A stretch of DNA of 64,000 nt from Candidatus Aminicenantes bacterium (lineage in GTDB: Bacteria; Acidobacteriota; Aminicenantia; Aminicenantales; Aminicenantaceae): contig JAFGMO010000018.1 of assembly GCA_016927475.1 (NCBI GenBank), positions 13,373 through 77,372 of the forward strand, written 5' to 3'. The notes under the pieces are model-generated. The model saw only the letters and a list, made by a program, of their open reading frames with translations, was not told where the DNA came from and searched no databases. The translations under genes and the position numbers were made by a program. Positions 46,133 to 56,523 of the stretch are shown here, piece by piece; the first letter of the stretch is position 1, and every line of letters starts with the position of its first letter.

Positions 46133-48121
46133 GTGACAGAAAAATATAAGGCCGAAACGTTTAGGATCATATGGTATTCCGTAGTGGGTGCCTGCCTCGG
46201 CGGTTGGACTTTGGCCATATTTAATATTTTGGCTGAGATGATTCGGGGGGAATCTATTTTTGGTATCGGGGATATTTTTCCTCTTTCCCTGTGGCATATA
46301 GCCGCCGCTGCGGTTTTAGGATTTGCGGCCGGTTGTATTTTGGCCGTTATACGTTTGTTGTTAAAAAAGAGAAAATCCTTTTCCTCCGCAAGTTATATTT
46401 ATCCGGCCGTTTTTCTCTCTGTTTTTTTCTTCATTTTCGGATATGCCAATATTTATTATATTTCCGGATTTTTTTCCGGAAAGTCACTGTTCTGGAATGT
46501 ATTGTTATTGGCAGCAGGTGTGGTTTTTTTTGTGGGAATGTGCCGCTTTTTTTCCCGGCACCGGTCTAAAACTATTCCCATGGGCATCAAGATTTATGCG
46601 GCTTGTCTGTTTGTTTTAACATCTGTTTCGTTGTTGGTGGTTCTGGGTGTTTTTTCTTTCGGCCGACGCCGTAGTCTTTCCTTGAGGGATAAGAGCCACA
46701 AGCCGTACAACGTCATTTTAATCGTACTGGACGCGCTCCGGTACGACCATGTCGGTTGTAACGGTTATGAACGGGAGACGACACCGAATATTGACCGGCT
46801 GGCGGAGCGAGGAACGGTTTTTGAGAAAGCTTTCGCCAATTCATCCCACACCATTGAATCCGTCGCTTCGTATATGTCTTCCGTTTATCCCAGCACTCAT
46901 AATGTGCAAACGCTGACAACAGCCCTTCCCGACGATCTGGTTATTCTGCCTGAAATTTTTAGCTCCTTCGGATACAAAACGTCTGTGTTTTCCGTCAATC
47001 CCTATGTTACCCCCGTTTTTGGGTACGGCCGGGGTGTGGAGGATTTTTTCTGGCTAGAAGGCAACGTCATCAAAGCTAACCGGACGGTGCTGGGATATGT
47101 ACTGCAGAATGCGGCCCGCCTGTCCTTTCTTTCCGCTCCGCTTCAGCCGTTCTTGGATGTCAGCAGGAAGGTTTTCGCTTCGGGTGAGACCCTTCCTTCA
47201 GGGGATGCAGGAACAGTCACCCAAAGCGTGAAAAAATGGATCGGTAAAAACGTTTCAGATCCCTTTTTTATCAGCATTCATTACCATGGCGGACATGCCC
47301 CTTACCACCCTCCGCCTCCCTTTGACAGGATGTTCGATCCCTCCTATTCCGGAAAGCTCGTTCAACGGTTTCCCGAAGGATTAGGGATGTTTCTGCCTTT
47401 TGTTAAGGGGAAATCCCTGGACCTCAGGGAAAAGCAAAACATGGTGGCTCAATACGATGGCCAGATCCGGTTCCATGATGAGCAATGTGGTGGTCTCTTT
47501 GCCTTTCTCAAAGAGAAAGGTCTTGAAGATAAAACGATCGTTGTCCTTACCAGCGACCACGGAGAAGAGTTTTATGAACACGAAGGTTGGGGGCACGGCC
47601 AATCCCTTTATGATGAACTGATCCATGTCCCACTAATAATGAGCTGTCCGGGATACATATCGTCCGGCCGGAGAATAGGAGGGCTTGTGGAGCTCGTTGA
47701 TCTTTTTCCGACCATTCTCGGATTATGCGGAATGTCGGATGGATTCGACCTTCCTTATGAGATTGAAGGACGGGATATGAGTTTTTTTCTTTTTGGACAG
47801 GCTGAAGGAAAGGGCCGGGAGCGGATATTCAGTGAAGTGAATTATGGGGGGCATTTCGGCCGGGTACTTCGTACCGGAGACCTAAAATCCATTTATCTTA
47901 GATACGGAAACAACGTACTCAGATATTTTTATGACCTGGCCGCAGATCCCTTGGAAAAAAACAATGTTTTTGACCGGCGAACAGAGGAAGCCCTCCGGTT
48001 TTTTTCACAAATGGAAGCCGTTATTGAGAGGGCGGAAAAAAAGTCCTTCCAGGGGAAAAAAACGTCTGTCGAAAACAAGCAAAAAGAACAGTTGAAAGCA
48101 CTTGGCTACGTTAGAGATTGA
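46133..48121 (+). CDS. Membrane-anchored sulfatase/alkaline-phosphatase-superfamily enzyme (LtaS/EptA/MdoB-like transferase); no C/S-x-P-x-R sulfatase motif
   Basis: GTG start with GGAAGGG RBS; ~5 N-terminal TM helices; catalytic domain NVILIVLDALRYDHVG...TPNIDRLAERGTVFEKAFANSSHTIES (Thr/Ser nucleophile context rather than CSPSR); C-terminal TSDHGEEFYEHEGWGHG metal-binding motif. Confidence 0.6.
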   Translation: MTEKYKAETFRIIWYSVVGACLGGWTLAIFNILAEMIRGESIFGIGDIFPLSLWHIAAAAVLGFAAGCILAVIRLLLKKRKSFSSASYIYPAVFLSVFFFIFGYANIYYISGFFSGKSLFWNVLLLAAGVVFFVGMCRFFSRHRSKTIPMGIKIYAACLFVLTSVSLLVVLGVFSFGRRRSLSLRDKSHKPYNVILIVLDALRYDHVGCNGYERETTPNIDRLAERGTVFEKAFANSSHTIESVASYMSSVYPSTHNVQTLTTALPDDLVILPEIFSSFGYKTSVFSVNPYVTPVFGYGRGVEDFFWLEGNVIKANRTVLGYVLQNAARLSFLSAPLQPFLDVSRKVFASGETLPSGDAGTVTQSVKKWIGKNVSDPFFISIHYHGGHAPYHPPPPFDRMFDPSYSGKLVQRFPEGLGMFLPFVKGKSLDLREKQNMVAQYDGQIRFHDEQCGGLFAFLKEKGLEDKTIVVLTSDHGEEFYEHEGWGHGQSLYDELIHVPLIMSCPGYISSGRRIGGLVELVDLFPTILGLCGMSDGFDLPYEIEGRDMSFFLFGQAEGKGRERIFSEVNYGGHFGRVLRTGDLKSIYLRYGNNVLRYFYDLAADPLEKNNVFDRRTEEALRFFSQMEAVIERAEKKSFQGKKTSVENKQKEQLKALGYVRD

Positions 48122-48164
48122 ACGAAAGGTTTGACATTAAGACGTGAAAGGGGTGATGAGTCCA

Positions 48165-48794
48165 ATGAAAAAATATTCTGTTTTTCTTATCGTACTTCTG
48201 ATTATTCCGTCTGTATGTTACAGTGGGCTGAAGAATAAAAGGTTGTCTTTGTTCCTTGGAGTGAACCATGTTTTTGAGTATGGAGCCGAGGAAGACTATG
48301 TCCTTGGAGAAAACGATTTCCCGGTTACTCCGGCTCATACACCGCCTTTAATTGGGGCATCTTTTTCCAATGGCTTTGGTGAATATTTCGGTCTGGAAGT
48401 GGAAAGCTTGTTTATCCTGGGGTCCCGGTTCACAATTGAAGATCCATCTGATGGGGATACGGTCGAAGTGTTATCTGATTCCCGCCTGTCCTTATCGTTG
48501 AATGTTTTTTTCAGAAAACAATGGGGACAATTTTGTCCCTATCTAATTGTCGGGGGCGGCCTGGACAAATTGTTAGCCAAAGAAGAAAAGATGACGTCTG
48601 CATATGGCTATGAAATCACGTTTGAAGTTCCTGAAAGAACGTTTGATCCTTTTGTTCAGTTCGGCGGCGGGGTTGAATATTTATTGAGTGATTCCATGGG
48701 CATGAAGCTGAATGTCCGGTACGTTTTGATCTTTGATGAACTGGAGAACGTCGGGGGTATGAATATTTCCCTGGGATTCTTTTTCATTTTGTAA
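48165..48794 (+). CDS. Small outer-membrane beta-barrel protein (OmpW/OmpA-barrel-like)
   Basis: Start at MKKYSVFLIVLLIIPSVCYS (signal peptide); C-terminal ...ISLGFFFIL aromatic terminus. Confidence 0.45.
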   Translation: MKKYSVFLIVLLIIPSVCYSGLKNKRLSLFLGVNHVFEYGAEEDYVLGENDFPVTPAHTPPLIGASFSNGFGEYFGLEVESLFILGSRFTIEDPSDGDTVEVLSDSRLSLSLNVFFRKQWGQFCPYLIVGGGLDKLLAKEEKMTSAYGYEITFEVPERTFDPFVQFGGGVEYLLSDSMGMKLNVRYVLIFDELENVGGMNISLGFFFIL

Positions 48795-50547
48795 AAATAT
48801 ATTTGGCCCCTATTGAAAAACTTCTTGGTGCTTCAGGGAGGCCGGGGATTTTTTCCATTCTGGTATTGAAAAGATTCAAGATTTCCAAATAGATAAAAAA
48901 ATGCCCGACGGGCTTCAGAATTTTGATATTGAGGGCGGTTGTCGGTGCCGATTTTAATCTCTCCTTTTCGAGTTTCATAACCCAGTAAAGAGAAAAAAGC
49001 GAAAGGTCTTTCTGAAAGAGGACGGAGAGACTGTGTTCGGGAAAATAATAATGGTATTTCATTTCATTAAGCCCCGTATCGTGCTTGAAACAAGCTTTTT
49101 GAAAAGTATAGAGGACGTTCAACTGAAAGGAAGTTTTCCTTAGGCTGTAGTCGGCTTCAAAACCGGTGTGCTTTCCTTCCTGAATATTTGCGCTGTTCCA
49201 CATGTTTAATCCGGGATTCCAGTTCCAATCAATCAGATTTTCCGTAAGATGGAAAAAAATCCTGAAGGTGATATCCCCCATATCTCCTTGTTGTTTGAGC
49301 GAAAAATTGGTTCCCCAGGACTTTTCAGCTTTGAGACCGGGATTGGATAGATGTGATGGATCGCTGTAGTAAAGCTCTGTATAGGTCGGAAAACGGAAGG
49401 TCCTGTTTAATGAAAAAAAGGTTTGCCATGAGCTTCCGAGATAAGTCCCAAGAAGAACGTGTCCGCTTAACCCCGAATTGGTTCCTTCTGTGAACCGAAT
49501 CCCGCCGTTTAGAAAAAGGGATTTTGTTTCCCGGCCGGCTTCCCCAAAGAATGAAAAAAGCGATCGCCGGTGTTCGCCTAGGGCGGATCCGCTCTCGCCG
49601 TTCCTGATGCCCGAACTGTTGATGGAATCGAGAAATGCCGACAACCCCAGACAGGCGGAGAAGGTTTCCTTATTAAGGGTGATACCCGTTTCCACAGTGT
49701 TCTGAAAGGTATTATGTGTGTTGCTGTAAAGCTCCGGGGATTCCCGATAGAGATGAAAAATGTCCTTGGAATACCGTGTTGATGATTTCAGGAATAATGT
49801 TGCGTTTTGCGTTAGGCTCATCCGCCAGTAAAGGCTTCCCCAGATTTTACTCAAATTTTCAAAAGAAGGATAAGGGGCGTAAAAATTGAAGGCCCCGAAT
49901 TTAGAGATCATCCAGCTTCCCTGTATATCAAGAATGCTGTTTTTGATGGGGATGCGGATTCCAGCCCGGCTGAAATATTCGTTTCCGTCTATTCCTTCCA
50001 TATACCCGCCGGTTGATTTCAATCCTGAACTGAAAAACAGCCGGTTGCTGCCGAGATTGATGGAAGCTTTGAGGGTTTGGAAACTCGAAAGGCTGAAGTG
50101 AACGGCATTTTCACGGGATGTGATGATGTTGATAACCCCTCCTGGTCCGGCTGATGAAAGGACCGGGGAAAAGCTTCCTCTGAGAATCTCGATTCTTTTT
50201 ATGTTTTCCGTATGAAGCGGGAGAATTAGGTTGTGGTGACCGGTTTGGGAATTGTTAACGGGAACGCCGTCGACTAGGACCGTGAACTGTTCCTGGTTGA
50301 ATCCCAGCCCTTGAGTGTCCGATTGGAAAAAACCCCGGCAAACAAAACTCAGGTTGGCGGCGAAACGGAGGAGATCGGCCAGGTTCAGCGAAGGGAGTTC
50401 CGTTAAGGTTTTGCCTTCAATGATCCAGACATCCTTTTTGGAATCGAAATTAAGGGGAACCTTTTTGCCCTGGACTTCGATCTCGACCTGTTCTTGAGCA
50501 TATAGCAAAAACGGAATAAGGAGGACAATCCAGAGCTCTTTTTTCAT
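48784..50547 (-). CDS. TonB-dependent outer-membrane receptor (small, BtuB-size)
   Basis: Signal peptide; plug-domain region DVWIIEGKTLTELPSLNLADLLRF; beta-barrel repeats; 587 aa. Confidence 0.65.
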   Translation of the reverse strand: MKKELWIVLLIPFLLYAQEQVEIEVQGKKVPLNFDSKKDVWIIEGKTLTELPSLNLADLLRFAANLSFVCRGFFQSDTQGLGFNQEQFTVLVDGVPVNNSQTGHHNLILPLHTENIKRIEILRGSFSPVLSSAGPGGVINIITSRENAVHFSLSSFQTLKASINLGSNRLFFSSGLKSTGGYMEGIDGNEYFSRAGIRIPIKNSILDIQGSWMISKFGAFNFYAPYPSFENLSKIWGSLYWRMSLTQNATLFLKSSTRYSKDIFHLYRESPELYSNTHNTFQNTVETGITLNKETFSACLGLSAFLDSINSSGIRNGESGSALGEHRRSLFSFFGEAGRETKSLFLNGGIRFTEGTNSGLSGHVLLGTYLGSSWQTFFSLNRTFRFPTYTELYYSDPSHLSNPGLKAEKSWGTNFSLKQQGDMGDITFRIFFHLTENLIDWNWNPGLNMWNSANIQEGKHTGFEADYSLRKTSFQLNVLYTFQKACFKHDTGLNEMKYHYYFPEHSLSVLFQKDLSLFSLYWVMKLEKERLKSAPTTALNIKILKPVGHFFIYLEILNLFNTRMEKIPGLPEAPRSFSIGAKYIFTK

Positions 50548-50598
50548 TAGAGGGTTTCACATGAATAATGCGGGAAACATGAAAAGGGATAAGACAGG

Positions 50599-52077
50599 TT
50601 AGTGAATATCTGTTTTCTCTGAACCTTGTCCTAAATTAAACTTTGCCTCCATGTAATAGTAGATATTGATTCTTTGGCCCGGTGTGTTCTCGGTAATGGG
50701 AACGGATGTGGGTTTGTATAAGATTTTTTTTGCAGGCGCGAATTTCCTGCCCATTAAGTATTTTCTGACTCCGTCTATGAATTCCTGACTGCAGTATCCC
50801 TGGCTGCTCAGTTTATTTTCGGTAATGTTTACATTTTCCACTTTGCCATCAGGACTGATTACAATACCGACACGGATGTAACCGCTCATGTTTTCTCTTT
50901 GGACGCATGGAGGAGCGGGAATATGCCATTCCCAGTTTCTTGTGGGTGATTGAACGCCGATATCCGTGTTTTTGAAGATTGGTGTTGGCGCGTTTTGGAT
51001 TTTTTGAAATTCTAAGTTGATTTGTTCGCCTAATTCAGGGAAATTTGCTATGAGAAATTTTTGAAAATTTGCAACAGTCTGGAGAACTTTGGGTTCTTGT
51101 CTCAGGTCGAATTTTTGGGTAGCGAAGTTTCCATATGCAATAAAATTGTTAAGCATATCCTGTCCGTTTATTTTAGAGAAGGAAGATGAAAGCTGAACAT
51201 TTTCCAGCCATTTAGGATTGATTGGGTTGACCACGTTCCAGGATTCCTGGAAGCTGTTAAAATCAATTTCAGAATATTCTTGCATGTTGAGCAGGCGAGT
51301 GATGGTGTTGTTATATGTTTCTGAGGCGGCGTTAACCCGTTCCACAAGGCCGGTCTTTTTTGTTAAAATCTGCGCGCTCAGTTTTTGAAGGTAGTCTTGA
51401 TACGAGCCGATATTGGCCAGATTTTTTTCTATCTCAAAACAGGCTTCGTAATTTCTCGTATCGAAATAATCATTCCACATGTCACTCAACTTGGCTTCCG
51501 TCAGGTTGAGATATTCCGAAGAAAAGTTATTGTATTGTTCATATTCAGGGCAGTTTCTCGGCGGAGGTTGTGTCGTTATCAGGATTCGAGCGTGGATCAG
51601 TTGTTGTGCCGCCAGGAGAAAATTATCCTGATTGAAGAATTGCTTACCCATCGAATAGTAGTGCTCGATGATGGAACAGTCGGAGCAGACGGAGTTTTGA
51701 AAACAATCAATCCAATCCCGGGCCACCCATTGGTAAGCCGTTCGTTCTGTATCGAATTTGGGAAAATGAAGCTTGAGGTCACACATAGCCCTGTTGGTAA
51801 GGGAATCTGCACAACCGCTAAGCAGATAATTGCAATAAGAAAGATAAAACAGGGCTTTTTCCCGTTCTTCGAGGGGACAATCCGTGTAAAATTGAGGACT
51901 GTCCTTGATGGCAGTTAAAATATTTATGGCTCCGTCAAAATTTGCTTTTGTGAATTCTTGGATAGCGCTTTCTACCCTCTGATTGTAATCTTGCTGTGAA
52001 TGAAGGAATATCGAGGCAAGACTGATAATACCAAAAAACAAAAGCCCCCCTATCGTTATATTTACTTTATTTTTCAA
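50599..52077 (-). CDS. Membrane-anchored protein with TonB C-terminal-like domain and large N-terminal periplasmic domain
   Basis: N-terminal signal anchor; C-terminal GYIRVGIVISPDGKVENVNITENKLSSQGYCSQEFIDGVRKYLMGRKFAPA fits the TonB-CTD pattern (G.V.V.F.I..DG.V..V.V..SSG...D.AA...V..W.F.PA). Confidence 0.45.
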   Translation of the reverse strand: MKNKVNITIGGLLFFGIISLASIFLHSQQDYNQRVESAIQEFTKANFDGAINILTAIKDSPQFYTDCPLEEREKALFYLSYCNYLLSGCADSLTNRAMCDLKLHFPKFDTERTAYQWVARDWIDCFQNSVCSDCSIIEHYYSMGKQFFNQDNFLLAAQQLIHARILITTQPPPRNCPEYEQYNNFSSEYLNLTEAKLSDMWNDYFDTRNYEACFEIEKNLANIGSYQDYLQKLSAQILTKKTGLVERVNAASETYNNTITRLLNMQEYSEIDFNSFQESWNVVNPINPKWLENVQLSSSFSKINGQDMLNNFIAYGNFATQKFDLRQEPKVLQTVANFQKFLIANFPELGEQINLEFQKIQNAPTPIFKNTDIGVQSPTRNWEWHIPAPPCVQRENMSGYIRVGIVISPDGKVENVNITENKLSSQGYCSQEFIDGVRKYLMGRKFAPAKKILYKPTSVPITENTPGQRINIYYYMEAKFNLGQGSEKTDIH

Positions 52078-52102
52078 TGTCCTACCTCCTTATTTTTAAC
52101 GG

Positions 52103-54124
52103 TTATGGGCCTTTGGTCAAGTCCACGGATTGGTTCACCGTTTCGTTGGTCTGAATAATCACTTGGATGCTTTTAGAAGGGTGACCAGGATGTTCCACTG
52201 TAAGCGTATGGAGACCCTTGGGGAGCCTGATGTTGGCTTTTGGTGTTGTGCCGTAGGAATTACCTTCTATATCTACGGTGGATCCATCGATCGATATTCT
52301 CGCTCCGGGTGGAATGGTATTGATATTAAGAAAGCCGAAGCAGAGATAGATCGTAGTTGACCTGGATGCTCCGGAAGTGATGCGGAATGACAAAACTCTT
52401 TCTTCACAACCTTCTTCATTCGTCGTGAAACGAAGGGTGTGGGTGCCGGGAGAAAGACTGATATTTTGTTGTAACGGGGGAAATGTTGCCAGAAGCCTGC
52501 TGCCTTCATATACTCTTCCGGATGGCATGAGTTGGACATTTAACGTTCCGGGCTCTTGGGGAGGAATTGGAATAAGACTGATGTCGACGGGAGAAGGGGG
52601 ATCTTCATCAGAGATGACGATATCCCGGGTTTGCTCCCGGTATCCTTCCTGTCTAATTGAAAATGTGTATTCTCCCGGAAGAAGGGATAGAGTATGGGAA
52701 GAGCCGCTTTCTCGGATTTGTTTCTCTTCTTCCCAGATTTCTCCGCTTGGAGAAATGTTGACGGTTAAGGGAAAAAGCGGGATGCGAAATTCCATGGTTG
52801 TATCCTCGGTAAGAGTGATCTCTTTGGTGTAAATACGGGCCCCTTTTTGGAATTTAAGGTTGTGCGCTCCAGCTTGAAGTTCAGTTGCTTGAAGGTTTTC
52901 CAAGTCGAGTGGTGATTCATCCACCGTTGCCGACAGATTCGATATGTCGATATTTTCTATTTTTGTCAGAAGAAGCCGCCCGGGAAGAGGAACAATTTCT
53001 TTTTCACCTCCAAAAAAAAGAAAATACAGAATAAGGGCAGCTACGACCAATCCTGCTGCCCCTATGATAATAGGAATAATGGGTTTGGATGTTTTTTCTT
53101 TTTCCGGTTCTTCTATTTTTATCTCTTCTTCGATTTCGTCAGGAGAACGGCCTTCGGCCATGGCTATGGCCTTTTTTCTCAGTACCTCGAGTTCTTTAAA
53201 AGCCACAGGATTTTTCTTTAGAGCATCCCGGATTTCAGACATAGCATAGTTATATTCATCTTCCGACAGTGCTTTTTTTATCTCTTCGACTTTTTGGGCG
53301 ACCTGGGATTGAATCCGCCATTTATAGCTTTGAATTTCCTGATCATTTGGATTTTTAGAAAGATGAATGGATATTGCCAGCAAGGCATCATCAAATCTAT
53401 TCTGCCAGAAAAGATTAGGGATTTTTTTGGCATCCAGCTCCAGGATGTTCAACAGGTTCTTGGCCTCCTTGTGTTCCGGATCTGAAACCGTGATGTCAGA
53501 TAGTAAGAGCCGCGCCTCTTCATATTCTTTTTCTCCGATTTTATTCAGGGCTTCCTGGAATTTTTTATCGATGTTTTTCTTTTTGATAGGGGGGCGTTCA
53601 ACGGGCTCCTCGACCTTTGCCTGTTCCTCGACCATCGGTTGTTCCTGTTCCGGCAGCTTCTCTGACTTGAGAGCGGTCAGCATTTCTTGAATATTATCCA
53701 AGTTGCCCTCGATCACTTCGGATCCGCTTATTTGAACAAGTTCTTCAAGAAGAGCAAGAGCCTCTGCCATGTCTCCGGCTTTATAACTTTTTTTGGCTTT
53801 ATTTAATTGGAGTTTGATTCCCTTTTCGGCAATTTTTTTCTCTTTGTTCAGTGACTTGAAGGATTTAGGATTCATAAGTAGGAGATCATCAATATTTTTT
53901 AAAGCGGCCTTGAAATTACCATCGCGGTTGTAGGATTGTGTTTCTTTGATGATCTTGTCGATTTCTGTTTCGATCTCCCTCTTCAGGGTAATTATCTCTT
54001 GTTTATCACCAAATTCAGACTCACCTTCTTTGATGGAGGATAAGGCCTCGTCATAGTGTTTTTGGCCGTAAAGAGTTTTTATTTCCTCCACTTTTTTTTG
54101 TAGTCCGTCTGTGGCTTCATCCAT
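52103..54124 (-). CDS. Coiled-coil/TPR-like membrane protein with C-terminal PEGA-like domains
   Basis: Long Lys/Glu-rich helical N-terminal region; one TM (IIPIIIGAAGLVVAALILYFLFF); C-terminal repeats with the (P)PGARISIDG PEGA signature. Confidence 0.4.
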   Translation of the reverse strand: MDEATDGLQKKVEEIKTLYGQKHYDEALSSIKEGESEFGDKQEIITLKREIETEIDKIIKETQSYNRDGNFKAALKNIDDLLLMNPKSFKSLNKEKKIAEKGIKLQLNKAKKSYKAGDMAEALALLEELVQISGSEVIEGNLDNIQEMLTALKSEKLPEQEQPMVEEQAKVEEPVERPPIKKKNIDKKFQEALNKIGEKEYEEARLLLSDITVSDPEHKEAKNLLNILELDAKKIPNLFWQNRFDDALLAISIHLSKNPNDQEIQSYKWRIQSQVAQKVEEIKKALSEDEYNYAMSEIRDALKKNPVAFKELEVLRKKAIAMAEGRSPDEIEEEIKIEEPEKEKTSKPIIPIIIGAAGLVVAALILYFLFFGGEKEIVPLPGRLLLTKIENIDISNLSATVDESPLDLENLQATELQAGAHNLKFQKGARIYTKEITLTEDTTMEFRIPLFPLTVNISPSGEIWEEEKQIRESGSSHTLSLLPGEYTFSIRQEGYREQTRDIVISDEDPPSPVDISLIPIPPQEPGTLNVQLMPSGRVYEGSRLLATFPPLQQNISLSPGTHTLRFTTNEEGCEERVLSFRITSGASRSTTIYLCFGFLNINTIPPGARISIDGSTVDIEGNSYGTTPKANIRLPKGLHTLTVEHPGHPSKSIQVIIQTNETVNQSVDLTKGP

Positions 54125-54558
54125 TGTCCCTCCTGTGTGTTTTGTCCCGTTAAAGTGAACCGTTATTTGTATTGTTTATTTCCGGAAAAGAATTCCTTGA
54201 TGAGATAGTGTTTTTCTCCGTAAACAATACGATTGCGATGTTCCAATATTTCACGCGGCTCAACTTTCAAATTTGCTGAAAATGGATATATTCCATTTTT
54301 TCAATAGATAAGAGAGATGGTTTTTATTATATGTATCTTATAAAAGGTGTCAAGCCTATATCTTCTAAGAAGATCTCAAAAGAAAGGCATCAAATTTTTC
54401 CCAACACGTCATTGAGTTATAACATGAAGAGGAAAATCCTTATTTTGAATTACCTTTACTCGCTCTGTCACATTTTAAGTTTGAGGAAAGCATGTGGTAA
54501 AATATGTAAAAAAGGGAATTTTGTGGATGCTTTTAATGAAATTTCAAGGGGAGAAGCC

Positions 54559-55050
54559 ATGAAAGAAAAGGAAAAAGAAGTGTATGATGTTTTAACCGGG
54601 CTTGGTATTCCCTTTAAGCGTTTTGAACATCCGCCTGTTTTTACGGTCGAAGAGGCAGAAAAATACTGGCACAATATTAAGGGAATACACTGTAAGAATC
54701 TTTTTCTTCGCAATAAAAAGGGAACTGTCCACTACTTGGTCATTATTGAGGCTGCCAAGCGGATTGACCTCAAAAAATTGACCCATCTTCTCCATGAAGA
54801 CCGCCTGAGTTTTGCCTCCGAAGAAAGATTAAAACGATTCCTGGGATTATCACCGGGTGCCGTTTCTCCGTTCGGGCTGCTTTATGACAACAAAAATCTC
54901 GTTCGTGTTTTTATCGATGAAGGTCTGAAAAAAGCGGACGCCGTCTGTTTTCATCCCAACGTCAACACGGCCACGGTCTTGATCCCAAAAGACGGTTTTT
55001 TAAAGTTTTTGGAAAAAAACGGAAATCCTTATCATTTTGTTTCCTTATGA
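54559..55050 (+). CDS. YbaK/ProX-family aminoacyl-tRNA deacylase (Cys-tRNAPro/Ala-tRNAPro editing)
   Basis: Start at MKEKEKEVYDVL (GGGGAGAAG RBS). HCKNLFLRNKKG...LVII and SPGAVSPFGL match the YbaK family. Confidence 0.65.
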   Translation: MKEKEKEVYDVLTGLGIPFKRFEHPPVFTVEEAEKYWHNIKGIHCKNLFLRNKKGTVHYLVIIEAAKRIDLKKLTHLLHEDRLSFASEERLKRFLGLSPGAVSPFGLLYDNKNLVRVFIDEGLKKADAVCFHPNVNTATVLIPKDGFLKFLEKNGNPYHFVSL

Positions 55051-55163
55051 ATAGGATTTTTTAAAAAAAAGTTATATAAGTAAATAGTCATATTTATATA
55101 TCGTGGCTTGAAAAAAAACTGAGGTTTTGTCAAAATTTTATTGGATGAATAAAGAGGTGCAAT

Positions 55164-56369
55164 ATGAATAAAAAATGGACATCCGGTTTGCTCTTTGTAT
55201 TCTTTCTTTCCATTCTATCACCGGGACAAAGCCAGGAAGTAAGCGTTATCAGTATCTCTGTTCCCGTCAGGGTTTTTGACAACAATGGTTTTGTCTCGGA
55301 CCTTTCCCTGGATGATTTTACGGTTTATGAAGACGGTATGATTCAGAAGATAGATGCCTTGTACCTTGTTAAGGGAAATGATGTGGCCCGCAAACAAGCT
55401 CCGCAAAATTATACTCCCGACTTGAAGCGGCATTTTCATTTCATCTTTTACATGACGGATTTCAGTCCCCGGCTGGATCCTGTTTTTGAACATTTTTTTA
55501 AAAACGTCATACTGCCGGGAGACAGCCTTTCGGTTATGACGCCTGTAGAGATTTATAACCTGTCACAAAGGGCCCTGGAAAACAAAAAACCGGAAAAAAT
55601 AGCCGAGGAGCTGAGGTCGCTCGTCCGTAAAGATATTCAGATGGGAGGATCGGAATACCGGAGTATTCTTTCCGAGTTGAAAAGACTCATCCAAGCAATC
55701 AATTCCACAAATAGTACGGAAGTGGATATGTCTTCCTCCTCGACCATGTTCACACTGGATAACCTGCTGGAGAGGTACAGGGATACCATGATCAGAATGG
55801 AGCAAACCCGGTTCATCGACCAGGCAAAGTTCATCGATTTTGCCCGGCGGTTAAAAAAAATGGGGGGAAGACAGATTGTCTTTTTTATCTATCAGAGGGA
55901 ATTCCGGCCGGAGATGAATTCATCCATCCTCAACCGGCTTGTCAGCGAATACCAGGATAAACCTAATATCTTAGCAATTACTCAGGAACTGTTTCAGCTT
56001 TACAGCACCACTCTGAATGTTAAGTTTGAACCGATCGTACTGGCTTTTTCGGATGCTTCCATTTTGTTTAATCTGATTTTTATGCATAAGGATTTGCAGA
56101 CTGAACCGGGAATATATATGCGCGAGAAGTCCGAAGATATTTTCGATGCATTCTCTAAAGTAGCTCAGGCAACGGGCGGTGTCGTTGATACGTCACAGTT
56201 CCCCTTGGAAGGCATCAAAAAATCGGTTTCTAATTCTGATTCCTATTACCTGCTTTACTATACGCCCGAATTTTACCGAAAGGACGGAAAATTCCACAAG
56301 ATTCATGTCAAGGTGAAATACGAAAGGGAATGCCGTGTTTTGCATAGGGTAGGGTATTTCTCCAACTAA
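55164..56369 (+). CDS. Secreted hypothetical protein, VWFA-related (TIGR03436-like) N-terminus
   Basis: Signal peptide; VISISVPVRVFDNNGFVSDLSLDDFTVYEDGMIQKI resembles the N-terminal consensus of the VWFA-related domain family. Confidence 0.35.
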   Translation: MNKKWTSGLLFVFFLSILSPGQSQEVSVISISVPVRVFDNNGFVSDLSLDDFTVYEDGMIQKIDALYLVKGNDVARKQAPQNYTPDLKRHFHFIFYMTDFSPRLDPVFEHFFKNVILPGDSLSVMTPVEIYNLSQRALENKKPEKIAEELRSLVRKDIQMGGSEYRSILSELKRLIQAINSTNSTEVDMSSSSTMFTLDNLLERYRDTMIRMEQTRFIDQAKFIDFARRLKKMGGRQIVFFIYQREFRPEMNSSILNRLVSEYQDKPNILAITQELFQLYSTTLNVKFEPIVLAFSDASILFNLIFMHKDLQTEPGIYMREKSEDIFDAFSKVAQATGGVVDTSQFPLEGIKKSVSNSDSYYLLYYTPEFYRKDGKFHKIHVKVKYERECRVLHRVGYFSN

Positions 56370-56523
56370 CCTGTGTCATTCATAAAAAATGCCGGTGACA
56401 GATATTTTTTTATCGTGAATAGCACAGGTCCCCTGTGTTTTTTTTAAATTCGGCCGGGGGTGATAAGACAGAAAAAAGAACAGCCGAAATTAGTTTAAAC
56501 TTTAAACATGATACTCTTAACTT

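Noticed and set aside
51385-51918. 177-aa plus-strand ORF inside the TonB-CTD gene
   Set aside because: Antisense; the minus-strand protein has a signal anchor and a recognisable TonB C-terminal domain.
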